Source: a virus
Reading direction: 5' to 3' (one strand)
Virus record (IMG/VR): IMGVR_UViG_3300030419_007641
Coordinates: 132,878-196,877 of that record
DNA: 64,000 nucleotides
The translations under genes were made by a program, and so were the position numbers. Below, piece by piece: positions 8,673-18,467 of the stretch. Below the pieces are notes generated by a model that was not told the DNA's origin, ran no database searches, and worked only from the letters and a program-made list of their open reading frames with translations. Position 1 is the first letter of the stretch. The number at the start of each line of letters is the position of its first letter.

Positions 8673-9245
8673 ATGTCAAGGCTATCCCAAAAAAAATTAT
8701 TAGAAGAGGGTATAGGGTCTGTACTTAAGGGTGTAGGGCGCGGTGCACTTGCTGGTGCTGGTGCTGCTTTCGATTATTTAGCTCCTCAAGAAGTTAAAAC
8801 AGAGCTAGGTAGATTAAAAGATATAGGCAGTAAAATCGCGAGAGGTTATACGAAGGGAGCTGGTTCTACTCTTAAAAATCTAGATAAAGCTTTAGCGAAT
8901 GTGGGGTTAATACGTACCGGTAAGCCTCGTGGTGACATTAAAAAACAAGCTGATGTATCTGTTGCTAGGTTGATCCATGATCCCAATACTAAAAAAGCAA
9001 TACCTGGGCAAGCTTTAAAAGACCCGGCTATATTCAAATTTGAAAACGGTGAATACCGGATAATAAAAGCGCCAGGTGTAAGGGTTGATCAAAGACAGCA
9101 AAGACAGCAAAAACAGCAAAAACAACAACCAGCATCAACTCCAGCTCCAACCCCAGCTCCAACCCCGACACCGGCACCTGGTGTTGTTACATCTAGCTTC
9201 TCTCAAAAAGATCTGCTAAGACAGTTGCAAATAGTCAGAGGCTAA
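8673..9245 (+). CDS. Hypothetical late protein with a Gln-rich/PAPTP linker
   Basis: TAAATA at 8661-8666; SQKKLLEE at the N-terminus and SQKDLLRQL at the C-terminus. Confidence 0.55.
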   Translation: MSRLSQKKLLEEGIGSVLKGVGRGALAGAGAAFDYLAPQEVKTELGRLKDIGSKIARGYTKGAGSTLKNLDKALANVGLIRTGKPRGDIKKQADVSVARLIHDPNTKKAIPGQALKDPAIFKFENGEYRIIKAPGVRVDQRQQRQQKQQKQQPASTPAPTPAPTPTPAPGVVTSSFSQKDLLRQLQIVRG

Positions 9246-9334
9246 TTAACTATCCGAGAGAGGGACGAGGGAATCATTTTAAAATCTTCATACTAGTTGA
9301 TTTTTTTGCAAAACCTATTAATATATAATTACGT

Positions 9335-9979
9335 ATGAGCGCTTACACTTCATCAAAACAATTCGAATTAGGATCAACAGCATTTCGTCAATGGAAAGCG
9401 GATCATAGTCACTGCAAATATATTCATGGATATCAACTCAAAACACAACTAACATTTGGTTGCCACAGTCTAGACGATAAAAATTGGTGTGTTGATTTTG
9501 GTGGTTTAGATACACTTAAAAAAACTCTAAGAAATCAATTTGATCATACTGTCGTTGTTGCTGGAGATGATCCTGCTTTAGAGGCATTTGAGGAATTAAG
9601 TGAAAAGGGTATTATACAACTTCGAATAATGGTTGAAGGAGTAGGTGTTGAAAAATTTGCAGAATTCGTATTTAAGACAGCTGATGCATTTGTTGATGAA
9701 GCTTCAGAAGGTAGGTGTTTTGTTGTAAAGGCCAAAGTGACGGAGCATGAAGATAATTGGGCTGAATATACAAAAGAGGACAAAGAGGCAGCTAGTAACC
9801 ATGAATGTTGCCAAGATACTACAGATACTACAAAACAAGAAACAGATCCAGCACCAGTACCCGAAAATCAGTCTAAGCCGAATAATCCACATCCACAGGC
9901 AGGTCGTCAAGGAGCTAATGTAGGTCCAAATGTAACGCCTGGTAAAGGTAACTGGTTTGCTGGTACATCCTGGGGTTAA
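9335..9979 (+). CDS. queD: 6-carboxy-5,6,7,8-tetrahydropterin synthase with a C-terminal extension
   Basis: HCKYIHGY, VDFGGL, FDHT and EHEDN motifs of the PTPS/QueD family. Confidence 0.9.
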   Translation: MSAYTSSKQFELGSTAFRQWKADHSHCKYIHGYQLKTQLTFGCHSLDDKNWCVDFGGLDTLKKTLRNQFDHTVVVAGDDPALEAFEELSEKGIIQLRIMVEGVGVEKFAEFVFKTADAFVDEASEGRCFVVKAKVTEHEDNWAEYTKEDKEAASNHECCQDTTDTTKQETDPAPVPENQSKPNNPHPQAGRQGANVGPNVTPGKGNWFAGTSWG

Positions 9980-10708
9980 TTAAGTCCCAAGTACTTTACA
10001 TATAAATCTTAATATTTTACTTCGAGCAATTTCGGAAGTACCGAAGTCAAAAGTGTGTATATTTACCTCTTCACACTTTTTATCATTAAACTTGTTAAAG
10101 ATATTTCTATAACCTGATAACTTAATATCAACCTGGTTACAGTCTCCGCAAACAATATATTTGGAATCTCTACCAAATCTAGTTAAAATTGTTGTTAGCT
10201 CACCAGCTGATAAATTTTGTGCTTCATCAACTATTACTAAGGTTTTATTAAAAGTTAAACCTCTAACGAAATTAACCGGTATGGCATCAATCATTCCTTT
10301 ATGCTTGAGCATCATTGTTGTACCTTGGTTAGTAATTTCTGTAACTTTTTCAAGCAGGGGTATAGCATAAGGAGAGAATTTATCGTCTACCTCACCAGGT
10401 AAGGACCCCAAACTTTTCTCTGCAGATTCCACTATAGATCTTATATAAACTAGTCTATCATATTGTTCATCCTTTAAGAGCTCTAGACCAGCATATACGG
10501 CTATATATGTTTTCATACTTCCTGCAGGACCATCAACAAAAGCTATTTTTGTATCTTTATGTTTTATACATCGATAAAACTCCTTATGTTTAGGATTAAA
10601 ATAAAAGGGCTTTTTAATATGAAAGTCTAAAAGCCAATTATCCTGAAATGTTTCATCGAGGTTATCTACAGTAACCTCCCGACGCCTTCGGGCCGTTTTA
10701 GTACTCAT
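9980..10708 (-). CDS. phoH: PhoH-like ATPase
   Basis: GPAGSMKT Walker A, RGLTF, DEAQN, TRFG and GDCNQVD motifs. Confidence 0.92.
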   Translation of the reverse strand: MSTKTARRRREVTVDNLDETFQDNWLLDFHIKKPFYFNPKHKEFYRCIKHKDTKIAFVDGPAGSMKTYIAVYAGLELLKDEQYDRLVYIRSIVESAEKSLGSLPGEVDDKFSPYAIPLLEKVTEITNQGTTMMLKHKGMIDAIPVNFVRGLTFNKTLVIVDEAQNLSAGELTTILTRFGRDSKYIVCGDCNQVDIKLSGYRNIFNKFNDKKCEEVNIHTFDFGTSEIARSKILRFICKVLGT

Positions 10709-10749
10709 GTATTATTATTTAGTTGAAAAACACCATTATTAGCTATAAT

Positions 10750-11511
10750 ATGTTAATGGATTGTGATAAAGAAACTTTAATAGTATCTGATGATAAGGCA
10801 TTTTATACACTAGAAGGTGAAGGTGAATATGTAGGTGAACCTTCTGTGTTTTTTAGATTGTCTATGTGTAATCTAACATGTCAAGGGTTTGCTTCAGAAG
10901 ATTCGCCTTATGGATGTGATTCATATATTTCTTGGTCTGTTAAAAACAAAATGACTTTTAACGAAATATTTGAATTCATGAAAGAAAACAAATTTATTGA
11001 AAAACTTAAAGCTAATGCAATTCTAAAAATAACAGGTGGCGAGCCACTAATTCAACAAAAACAATTACTAAAATTTATAGAAGTATTTATCGATAAATAT
11101 TGTTTTATTCCACGAATTGATTTTGAAACTAATGCTACATTAATGCCGGATAAGAGGTGGAAAGAAGAATATAGAGCTACATTTACTACATCACCAAAAT
11201 TAACTACCAATGGAGATCCTGAAGAAAGATCTTATAAGCCTGAAGTATTAAAGTGGCATTCTGATAATGGATCCGGATTTAAGTTTGTTATTGCTACATC
11301 TGAAGACATAGAGGAAATTTGGCGCAAATATGTCGAAGATGATAAGGGTATTAATGTACCTTTAGATCGTATTTGGTTTATGCCATGTTGTGGTAGCAGG
11401 AAAGAACATGTAGAGAAGGCAGTTGCAGTAGCAGAGTATGCTAAAGCTATGAATGTAAAATTCTCACCCAGATTGCATCTGTTAATTTGGGATATGGCAT
11501 TAAAAGTTTAA
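10750..11511 (+). CDS. queE: 7-carboxy-7-deazaguanine synthase (radical SAM)
   Basis: FYTLEGEG, CNLTC..(insertion)..CDS, ITGGEP, ETN, SPK and SPRLH motifs. Confidence 0.9.
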   Translation: MLMDCDKETLIVSDDKAFYTLEGEGEYVGEPSVFFRLSMCNLTCQGFASEDSPYGCDSYISWSVKNKMTFNEIFEFMKENKFIEKLKANAILKITGGEPLIQQKQLLKFIEVFIDKYCFIPRIDFETNATLMPDKRWKEEYRATFTTSPKLTTNGDPEERSYKPEVLKWHSDNGSGFKFVIATSEDIEEIWRKYVEDDKGINVPLDRIWFMPCCGSRKEHVEKAVAVAEYAKAMNVKFSPRLHLLIWDMALKV

Positions 11512-11512
11512 A

Positions 11513-12316
11513 ATGAATGAGTTTGATATAGTTATTGCAGTTGGTCCAAATGATGTTGATTATGTACACAATCAAATTAAGTGTACCAAAAAAAATATTG
11601 TTGGTTATAGGAATATTTACCTTATTCCCTATGATCCTACTTTTAAAATAGAGGGCTGCACTACTATTGCAGAGATAGAATTTCCATTTTCTAAGCAAAC
11701 AGTAGCTCAATATCACGGTAAATTAGAACGTAATGGTTGGTACTTGCAGCAATTGCTAAAGCTTTATGCAGGTATTATAATTCCAGGTATACTAGATAGG
11801 TATTTAGTTATTGATAGCGATACATACTTTGTAAAACCAACTTCATTTATTACTAGTGATAATAAATGTTTATATTCACATGGTAGTGATATTCATGGTC
11901 CATATTTTGATCATATGAAGCGGTTACATCCCTCTCTAAAGAGAGTAAATTACTCTGGTATATGTCATCATATGATGTTTGAAACAAAATATGTAGAGGA
12001 AATGTTCAGCTTAATTGAGGGTAATAAATCATCAGTACCATTTTATAAAATATTTTTAGAATGTGTAGATAAGGATGATTTTACATTATCCGGAGCCTCT
12101 GAATATGAAATATATCTTAACTATATGTTATTATATCACCCGGAATCTATTGAGATACGCTTTTTACCGAACGTGGAAGCTCGATTTAATAGAAACGGTA
12201 ATCAAGATCCGGATTGGAAAAAAAAGGCTCGCTTAACGTTAGGTGAAGATCTTGCAAATAGCCCCCCTAAAGAATGTGAAGGTCATAATTTTATCTCTTG
12301 CCATTGGTATAACTAA
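11513..12316 (+). CDS. DUF6492-like GT-A fold glycosyltransferase
   Basis: GWYLQQLLKLYA, YLVIDSD and SEYEIY motifs. Confidence 0.65.
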   Translation: MNEFDIVIAVGPNDVDYVHNQIKCTKKNIVGYRNIYLIPYDPTFKIEGCTTIAEIEFPFSKQTVAQYHGKLERNGWYLQQLLKLYAGIIIPGILDRYLVIDSDTYFVKPTSFITSDNKCLYSHGSDIHGPYFDHMKRLHPSLKRVNYSGICHHMMFETKYVEEMFSLIEGNKSSVPFYKIFLECVDKDDFTLSGASEYEIYLNYMLLYHPESIEIRFLPNVEARFNRNGNQDPDWKKKARLTLGEDLANSPPKECEGHNFISCHWYN

Positions 12317-12332
12317 CACATATATATATATT

Positions 12333-13091
12333 ATGAGAATTGCATTTTCAGGGACTGGTAATAGTGGTAAATCAACTCTTTTAAAGAGCTTTATGTATAC
12401 TTGGGATAATTATACCACTCCTAAAGAAACATATAGAGACGTTATTACTGAGGAAAATTTACAGCATTCATCTAACACTACAACAGATACCCAAGAAAAA
12501 ATCCTAAATTTTATGATTGATCAGCTTCAATTAAATGATAAGGATGATAAAATAGCTTATGATAGATGCCCATTAGATAATATTGCTTATTCAATGTGGT
12601 GTCATGATAAAGGCATTAAAGGATTTACAAAACAATTTGTAACTAAACAAATTGCTCTTATGAGAGAGTCAATGAGACATCTAGATATTGTTTTTTTATG
12701 TAGATTTGATGAAAAGCAAGCCGTTGAAGATGATGGATTTAGAGACACTGATATTAACTTTATTAAAGAGGTAGATAATATTTTTTATTCTTTATATAAT
12801 CAATATATTCAAAATCCAGAAGCAGATATATTTTTCCCTGCTGGTGATACCCCTTGTATATTACCGTTGCCAAATGATCAGCAACAACGTATTGATTTAA
12901 TTGCAGAGTATATTGCACCGGGTGGTGACTTAATTAGTGATGAAGAATCAATTCTAAATCCTAATAATTTAAACGAATTGGAGGCATTAGTTAGGGAGCA
13001 AAAGGCTGCACTCGAACAAGAAGAACGTGAAAAGGAATTGCAAAGAAAGTTTGGACTACCTGATGGAGGTTATCCACCAATAACGTTATGA
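12333..13091 (+). CDS. P-loop nucleotide (dNMP-type) kinase, AAA_28-like
   Basis: GTGNSGKST Walker A and DRCPLDNIAY motifs. Confidence 0.75.
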   Translation: MRIAFSGTGNSGKSTLLKSFMYTWDNYTTPKETYRDVITEENLQHSSNTTTDTQEKILNFMIDQLQLNDKDDKIAYDRCPLDNIAYSMWCHDKGIKGFTKQFVTKQIALMRESMRHLDIVFLCRFDEKQAVEDDGFRDTDINFIKEVDNIFYSLYNQYIQNPEADIFFPAGDTPCILPLPNDQQQRIDLIAEYIAPGGDLISDEESILNPNNLNELEALVREQKAALEQEEREKELQRKFGLPDGGYPPITL

Positions 13092-13921
13092 GTGAGAGTA
13101 TAGGTATAGGAATTATTACCTGTGATCGGCCTGATTTTTTTACAAAATGTAGGGATTCTATAGATGATAATTCCTATAATCATATTGTTGTCGTAAATGA
13201 TGGTAATGATGATGTGGTTAATCCTAGAGCACCAGTTATTAAAACCGGGGGTAGAGAAGGAGTAGGTAAGGGTAAAAATAAAATTTTAAAGTATCTATAT
13301 GAAAAGGGGTGCGATTATATGTTCTTATTAGAGGATGATATGATAATGCTAGATAATTCTGTTTTTACAAAATACATACAAGCACATAAGGCATCCGGAA
13401 TACATCATTTTAACTATGGGCCCGGCTCCCCGTTTAATAGAAAGCAAACTATTGAAAATTTTGACCTACACAACAGACACGAGTTAGATCAACATTCAGA
13501 ACCAAATCCTCGTTTAATTGTAGATTATAAAGATATAAAAATTTCTTTATTTACACATACTGTGGCTATGTTTTCCTTTTTTACAAGAGAAGTAATAGAT
13601 AAAGCAGGTTATATTGACGAAGAATTTTATAATGCCTGGGAACATGTAGATCATACATACAGAATAATTAAAGAGCAAATGCATCCACCTTTTTGGTATT
13701 TTGCTGATATATATGACAGTCATAAGTATATGACTGAAGCTCCAGATGCTATTGATAAGTCTTCTATTGCTGGTGACTCTGAACAATGGAAAAAGAATGT
13801 ATATGGGGGTAGAGAAATTTATAAACGAAAACATGGACACTATCCTAATATGCCCCCGCATACAACTAAAGAAGAAGTTTTACAAACCTTAAAACAGATT
13901 AAAAATGATTATTCCAAATAG
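13088..13921 (+). CDS. GT2-family glycosyltransferase
   Basis: IITCDRP, VVVNDG, FLLEDD and EHVDHTYR motifs. Confidence 0.8.
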   Translation: MSESIGIGIITCDRPDFFTKCRDSIDDNSYNHIVVVNDGNDDVVNPRAPVIKTGGREGVGKGKNKILKYLYEKGCDYMFLLEDDMIMLDNSVFTKYIQAHKASGIHHFNYGPGSPFNRKQTIENFDLHNRHELDQHSEPNPRLIVDYKDIKISLFTHTVAMFSFFTREVIDKAGYIDEEFYNAWEHVDHTYRIIKEQMHPPFWYFADIYDSHKYMTEAPDAIDKSSIAGDSEQWKKNVYGGREIYKRKHGHYPNMPPHTTKEEVLQTLKQIKNDYSK

Positions 13922-14675
13922 CTGTATATTTTATTTAGTAAATGACCAAGAAATACATATTAAAAGGCTAGAAGATAGCCTAAGATGTCTTAAGAACAAT
14001 TTTTTAAGACAGTATCCATATCCTGTTGTATTTGGTCATGAAGGTATTTCCAGCCCAACTAAGGCTAGAATTCGAAACGCTGCTCCGGAAAATTGTTATT
14101 TTCATAAAGTAAACTTTTCCTTACCATCTTATAGTCAAGATATAAAAGATAAAATTCCAGAAAAGTTTAAAGGTCATTGGGATGATAATGCATTTTTCTC
14201 AATGGGATATAGGCATATGTGTAGATTATTTTCCGGAGGACTCTACGAGGATAAATTTTTTAATAACGTTAAATACCTAATGCGTCTAGATTGTGATTCA
14301 TATATTACCAGTGAAGTTTCAGTAGACCCATTTAAAGTTATGGCAGATAAGCAAGGTATTTATGGTTATGTTGGGGAAGAGGAAGATATGGATTATGTTA
14401 TTGAAGGACTATTTGACTTTGTAGAAAAAGTTTTACCAACAGATAAAAATCTTCAATATAATAAAATGTATCAAACACATTTTTTTATTGAAGACTGTGA
14501 ATGGTTTCGATCAGATCCATATATGAGCTATTTTAAAGAAATAGACAAAACAGGTAACATTTATATTAAAAGATGGGGTGATGCACCTATAAAATATCAA
14601 GGTGTTATGAGACTAGTACCAAAAGAAAAGCGCATCAAATTTCATTTACCATATAGACACGGAGGTGATTTATGA
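13905..14675 (+). CDS. GT15 (Kre2/Mnt1-like alpha-1,2-mannosyltransferase)
   Basis: YRHMCRLFSG, YLMRLDCDS and IYIKRWGDAPI signature motifs. Confidence 0.8.
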   Translation: MIIPNSCIFYLVNDQEIHIKRLEDSLRCLKNNFLRQYPYPVVFGHEGISSPTKARIRNAAPENCYFHKVNFSLPSYSQDIKDKIPEKFKGHWDDNAFFSMGYRHMCRLFSGGLYEDKFFNNVKYLMRLDCDSYITSEVSVDPFKVMADKQGIYGYVGEEEDMDYVIEGLFDFVEKVLPTDKNLQYNKMYQTHFFIEDCEWFRSDPYMSYFKEIDKTGNIYIKRWGDAPIKYQGVMRLVPKEKRIKFHLPYRHGGDL

Positions 14676-15415
14676 AAATAGCTGTGTTGGTTCCTACAAG
14701 AGAGAGAATGAATAACAGACTTACTCTGTTATTTTCTATATTAACTACTGTCAACAATATTGATAATGTTAATATATATTATGGTGTAGATAAGGATGAT
14801 CCTACGTTAGATACTATTAAAAGAGTTGCATCAGCTATACCAGCTCTTAAAATTGTAGAAATTGATAATAAAAATAAGTTTTTGGGCCTGGGTATATTAT
14901 GGAATAAGTTAGTAAAGGCTTCTAATGAGGAAATTATATCTATGATAGGTGATGATATGGTATTTAAAACGCCTGGATGGGATACAATGCTACTTGAAGA
15001 ATTTAATAACATGCCCAAAGATAAAATTCAAGCTATACATTGCAATGATGACTACCATGGTGCAAAATTAGCTGTTAATTTATTCTGTCATAGAAAATAT
15101 GTTGATGTGCTGGGTTATTTTATGAGAGAGGAATTTTTAATCAATTGGGTTGATCAATGGCTACATCAAACGTTTTCTGCATTTGGCAGATTAAAATATA
15201 GAGATGATATTATGATCGAGCACAGACACTGGGTATTTGGTAAAACCCCTAGAGATAATACAGCTGAAAGAATGAATAATGCTAATGGTGGGAGCGAGGT
15301 AATAAGTGATAAATTATGGCACGAATTAGTAGATGAGAGAATTAGCGATGTTAAAAAACTTAGTAAATATTTAAACATGGAACCCGACTGGGGTAAGGTT
15401 GATACTGGGACGTAA
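14672..15415 (+). CDS. GT2-like glycosyltransferase
   Basis: LVPTRER, DKDD, MIGDD and WVDQW motifs. Confidence 0.75.
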   Translation: MKIAVLVPTRERMNNRLTLLFSILTTVNNIDNVNIYYGVDKDDPTLDTIKRVASAIPALKIVEIDNKNKFLGLGILWNKLVKASNEEIISMIGDDMVFKTPGWDTMLLEEFNNMPKDKIQAIHCNDDYHGAKLAVNLFCHRKYVDVLGYFMREEFLINWVDQWLHQTFSAFGRLKYRDDIMIEHRHWVFGKTPRDNTAERMNNANGGSEVISDKLWHELVDERISDVKKLSKYLNMEPDWGKVDTGT

Positions 15416-15417
15416 AA

Positions 15418-16158
15418 ATGGGTGAAATAACCACACAAGATAAGCTAGGTGCATCTATTTCACATTTAGTAAAGGAACTTAAGTTAAAGGTAAATCTCGA
15501 AATAGGGTCTTGGGATGGTACTGGCGCTACTAGATGTTTTATAGATGCTATGAAAGATTTTTCTAGAAAATCTCTAACATGTTTAGAAATAGACAAGAAA
15601 AAATTTAACAGTTTAGTTAAAAATGTAGGAGATTATTCATGGGTTAAGTGCTATAATAGATCGTCCATAAATTGTAATAAACTAATTGATTTCGGGTTTG
15701 ATAGAATTTGGAACTCGCTTTTTAATCCACTAGTACATTTTACAGATACTAAAAAAGAAACTGTGGAGGAGTGGTACACCGGTGATGTAAATTTAATGAA
15801 AAAATATCCGCAGGGATTTTTAGAGGAAGATCATACAATATACGATGCAGTTTTAATTGACGGTGGTGAATTTACAGGTTATTTTGAATTTGAACTTTTA
15901 AAAAATCGAACAAACGTGTTCTTTTTAGACGATTCTTTTAGATCATACAAAACAAATAAAGCAGCTATTTTATTATCAGAAGATTTAGAGTGGGATTGCT
16001 TGGCGTATGAAAAGAGTGTTGAAGGGCTAGATTGGGGATTAAGTTCTTATGTAGAAAAGGAAGAAGAGGTACCACAGCATATCTTAGAGGCAATGATGGA
16101 ACATCGAAAAAAGGTAAGAAACGGATTTGCTATCTTTAAAAGAAAAAAATTTATATAA
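15418..16158 (+). CDS. Class I SAM-dependent methyltransferase-like protein
   Basis: LEIGSWDGTG, LEID, VLIDGGEF and LDD motifs. Confidence 0.7.
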   Translation: MGEITTQDKLGASISHLVKELKLKVNLEIGSWDGTGATRCFIDAMKDFSRKSLTCLEIDKKKFNSLVKNVGDYSWVKCYNRSSINCNKLIDFGFDRIWNSLFNPLVHFTDTKKETVEEWYTGDVNLMKKYPQGFLEEDHTIYDAVLIDGGEFTGYFEFELLKNRTNVFFLDDSFRSYKTNKAAILLSEDLEWDCLAYEKSVEGLDWGLSSYVEKEEEVPQHILEAMMEHRKKVRNGFAIFKRKKFI

Positions 16159-16159
16159 T

Positions 16160-16870
16160 ATGGATAGTAATTCCTTAGGTATAATTCAGCCTGGTAAATT
16201 AGGAGATTTAATTATAGTATTACCTGCTGCAAAATATTTGTATGATAAGGGCTATACAATATATTGGCCCGTATACGAGCAATTTGCTAATATGTTCAAC
16301 GAAGTTGTTGATTATGTTAATTTTATTCCTGTAACCGATAATGTTTATAAATGTGTTGAAGAATCTTATAAAAAATTACATGATCTAAACGTAACTAATA
16401 TTAAAGATATTGCAGCAACTTTTCCAGGTAGTACATCGACAGACGAATATGTAGAGTTAGGTGACGGTAAGATACAGCCTTTTGATGTTTTTAAATATGA
16501 TAAGCTAGGAGTACCTATAGAAGAAAAATGGAATATAACAGTTAACAGAAATTACCAAGAAGAAGAAAAACTCTATAAAAAATTGGTAAACAACGAAAAA
16601 TATGCAGTAGTATGTTTACGGCATTCTAGAGGGGAATTAAATGTTAAATTTAATGAATCCGACGGGCAAATTATTCACATAACAGATGATTATAATATTT
16701 TTTATTGGCTAAAAATTTTAGAAAACGCACATACAATAGCATTAGTTGAAAGCAGTATGTCTAACTTGGTAGAACAATTTAGCTTCGATTGTAAAAAGAT
16801 ATTGTTTCGAAAGATTGATAATTATTTTATGAAATTACCGGTCATGAAAAATAAGTGGAAAATAGTATGA
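16160..16870 (+). CDS. GT9-like (heptosyltransferase-type GT-B) glycosyltransferase
   Basis: N-terminal QPGKLGDLII..P..KYL pattern and ESSMSNL motif. Confidence 0.55.
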   Translation: MDSNSLGIIQPGKLGDLIIVLPAAKYLYDKGYTIYWPVYEQFANMFNEVVDYVNFIPVTDNVYKCVEESYKKLHDLNVTNIKDIAATFPGSTSTDEYVELGDGKIQPFDVFKYDKLGVPIEEKWNITVNRNYQEEEKLYKKLVNNEKYAVVCLRHSRGELNVKFNESDGQIIHITDDYNIFYWLKILENAHTIALVESSMSNLVEQFSFDCKKILFRKIDNYFMKLPVMKNKWKIV

Positions 16871-17652
16871 CAAGAGTAGCATTTACAATAATATTAAACG
16901 GCTATAAACACTTAGTTCATAACAATTACTATGAAACGATGTGTAAAAATTTTGATTTATGGGTAATAGTCGAAGGGGTAGCTAATCCTGGTGGATCAAC
17001 AGAGTGGTGCAATAAGCTTAGTGATACCTTTCATAATAATTTTATATCAAACGACGGTACTTCTGAATTTTTAGATAAAAATAAAAAAGAAAACGTTATT
17101 ATTGTTCGACCTAATGACAGACCATGGCATAGTAAAGATGAGCAAGTTAATGCTGCTATTAAACATATTAAACAAAGAGTTAAAGAATGTTTTTTATGGC
17201 AAATAGATATAGACGAACAATGGGAATTAGAGCAGCTAAAAACAGCAGAGACAAAGCTTATTGAAAATAATGGAAAAACTGGTTGCTTTTTTTGTAATTA
17301 TTTTGTAGGTCCTAATCAACAGGTATTTGGAGAATGGGGCGAGGGTAGAAATGAACCATATAGAAGACTATGGCACTGGTGCGGTGAAAATTTTAAAACA
17401 CACGAGCCACCACAATTAGATGGCAAAAATGGTCCCGGTCTATTTTTACCAGTTAGATTTAATCATTACGCATATTATTTTAAGGAAGATGTAAAATTTA
17501 AAGAACAGTATTACGGTAACTATGATGGGTTATATGATAGGTGGAAAGCTGTACAAACAAATAGAGACATTATTCCAATTAGTCAGTTATTAGGTCCAAA
17601 CTTAAGGTGGAGTTATACAAATACTATTATAAAATATACTAATGATTATTGA
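16867..17652 (+). CDS. GT2-like glycosyltransferase
   Basis: SNDGT, KDEQVN and WQIDIDEQW (DxD) motifs. Confidence 0.65.
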   Translation: MTRVAFTIILNGYKHLVHNNYYETMCKNFDLWVIVEGVANPGGSTEWCNKLSDTFHNNFISNDGTSEFLDKNKKENVIIVRPNDRPWHSKDEQVNAAIKHIKQRVKECFLWQIDIDEQWELEQLKTAETKLIENNGKTGCFFCNYFVGPNQQVFGEWGEGRNEPYRRLWHWCGENFKTHEPPQLDGKNGPGLFLPVRFNHYAYYFKEDVKFKEQYYGNYDGLYDRWKAVQTNRDIIPISQLLGPNLRWSYTNTIIKYTNDY

Positions 17653-18466
17653 CGGAAATAATTTAATAGGTCATTATCTTAAAAAAAATAAGCCGTTTGC
17701 TGCTGGTAAGATAGGAGGTAACGAACTTCAAATTCTATATTACTCAATAGTTAAGGCTAATCCTTGGGGACCTCAATTTATAAAAGAGGTTGAAGATGTA
17801 GCAGGGATGTATCCAATGAATGAAGAAACTGCGGACTGGTTTACAGAAACTCTCTTAAATGATATTAAGGACTTAGATCTAATACCCAAGTGGAATAGAG
17901 TAATACCAGATTTTGAAAAATATATATTCGAGAGATACTGCCCGGGCACACATGTTACAAAATTACAGCATTTAGAACCTTATTTTTTTGATAAGCCATG
18001 GACACGTTATTTGGAGGGGAAGCGTGTAGCAGTCTTTTCACCTTTTGCTAGCTCTATAAAGAAAAATTTTAAAAATTTAGACAAAATTTGGAATAATAAA
18101 ATTCAGCCTAATTTTGATTTAATTCCTATAAAATACCCGACCTCTATTCCTATTACTGAAAATTCATCATATAAATTATCACGAGAAATTTACAATGAAT
18201 TTTTACAAAAAGTTAGAGAAGTAGAATTTGATGTAGGTATTTTCGGTACTGGTCACACGGGATTACTATTTGCATTAGAATGTAAAAGGCTAGGTAAAGC
18301 AGGAATTCACCTAGGCGGGCCAACGCAAATACTATTTGGAATAAAAGGTAATAGGTGGCAAGAAATAGAAGAATTTTCACCATTTTTTAATGATTATTGG
18401 ACCAAACCTCTACAGAGCGAAACACCTAAAAAAGTAGATTTAGTAGAGGGGGCATGCTATTGGTAA
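17642..18466 (+). CDS. Polysaccharide-cluster protein (GT-D-like)
   Basis: GKIGGNE, FDVGIFGTG..G and IHLGG..QILFGIKG.RW motifs. Confidence 0.5.
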   Translation: MIIDGNNLIGHYLKKNKPFAAGKIGGNELQILYYSIVKANPWGPQFIKEVEDVAGMYPMNEETADWFTETLLNDIKDLDLIPKWNRVIPDFEKYIFERYCPGTHVTKLQHLEPYFFDKPWTRYLEGKRVAVFSPFASSIKKNFKNLDKIWNNKIQPNFDLIPIKYPTSIPITENSSYKLSREIYNEFLQKVREVEFDVGIFGTGHTGLLFALECKRLGKAGIHLGGPTQILFGIKGNRWQEIEEFSPFFNDYWTKPLQSETPKKVDLVEGACYW

Positions 18467-18467
18467 A

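Noticed and set aside
9100-9185. Short tandem repeats (CAAAGACAG, CCAGCTCCAACC)
   Set aside because: Explained by the Gln-rich/PAPTP coding linker
7975-11511. Folate or tRNA-queuosine auxiliary metabolism as the role of folE/queD/queE
   Set aside because: A Zn-less TGT-fold DpdA-like gene and a formyltransferase fit DNA modification better; no queA/queG/queH was seen
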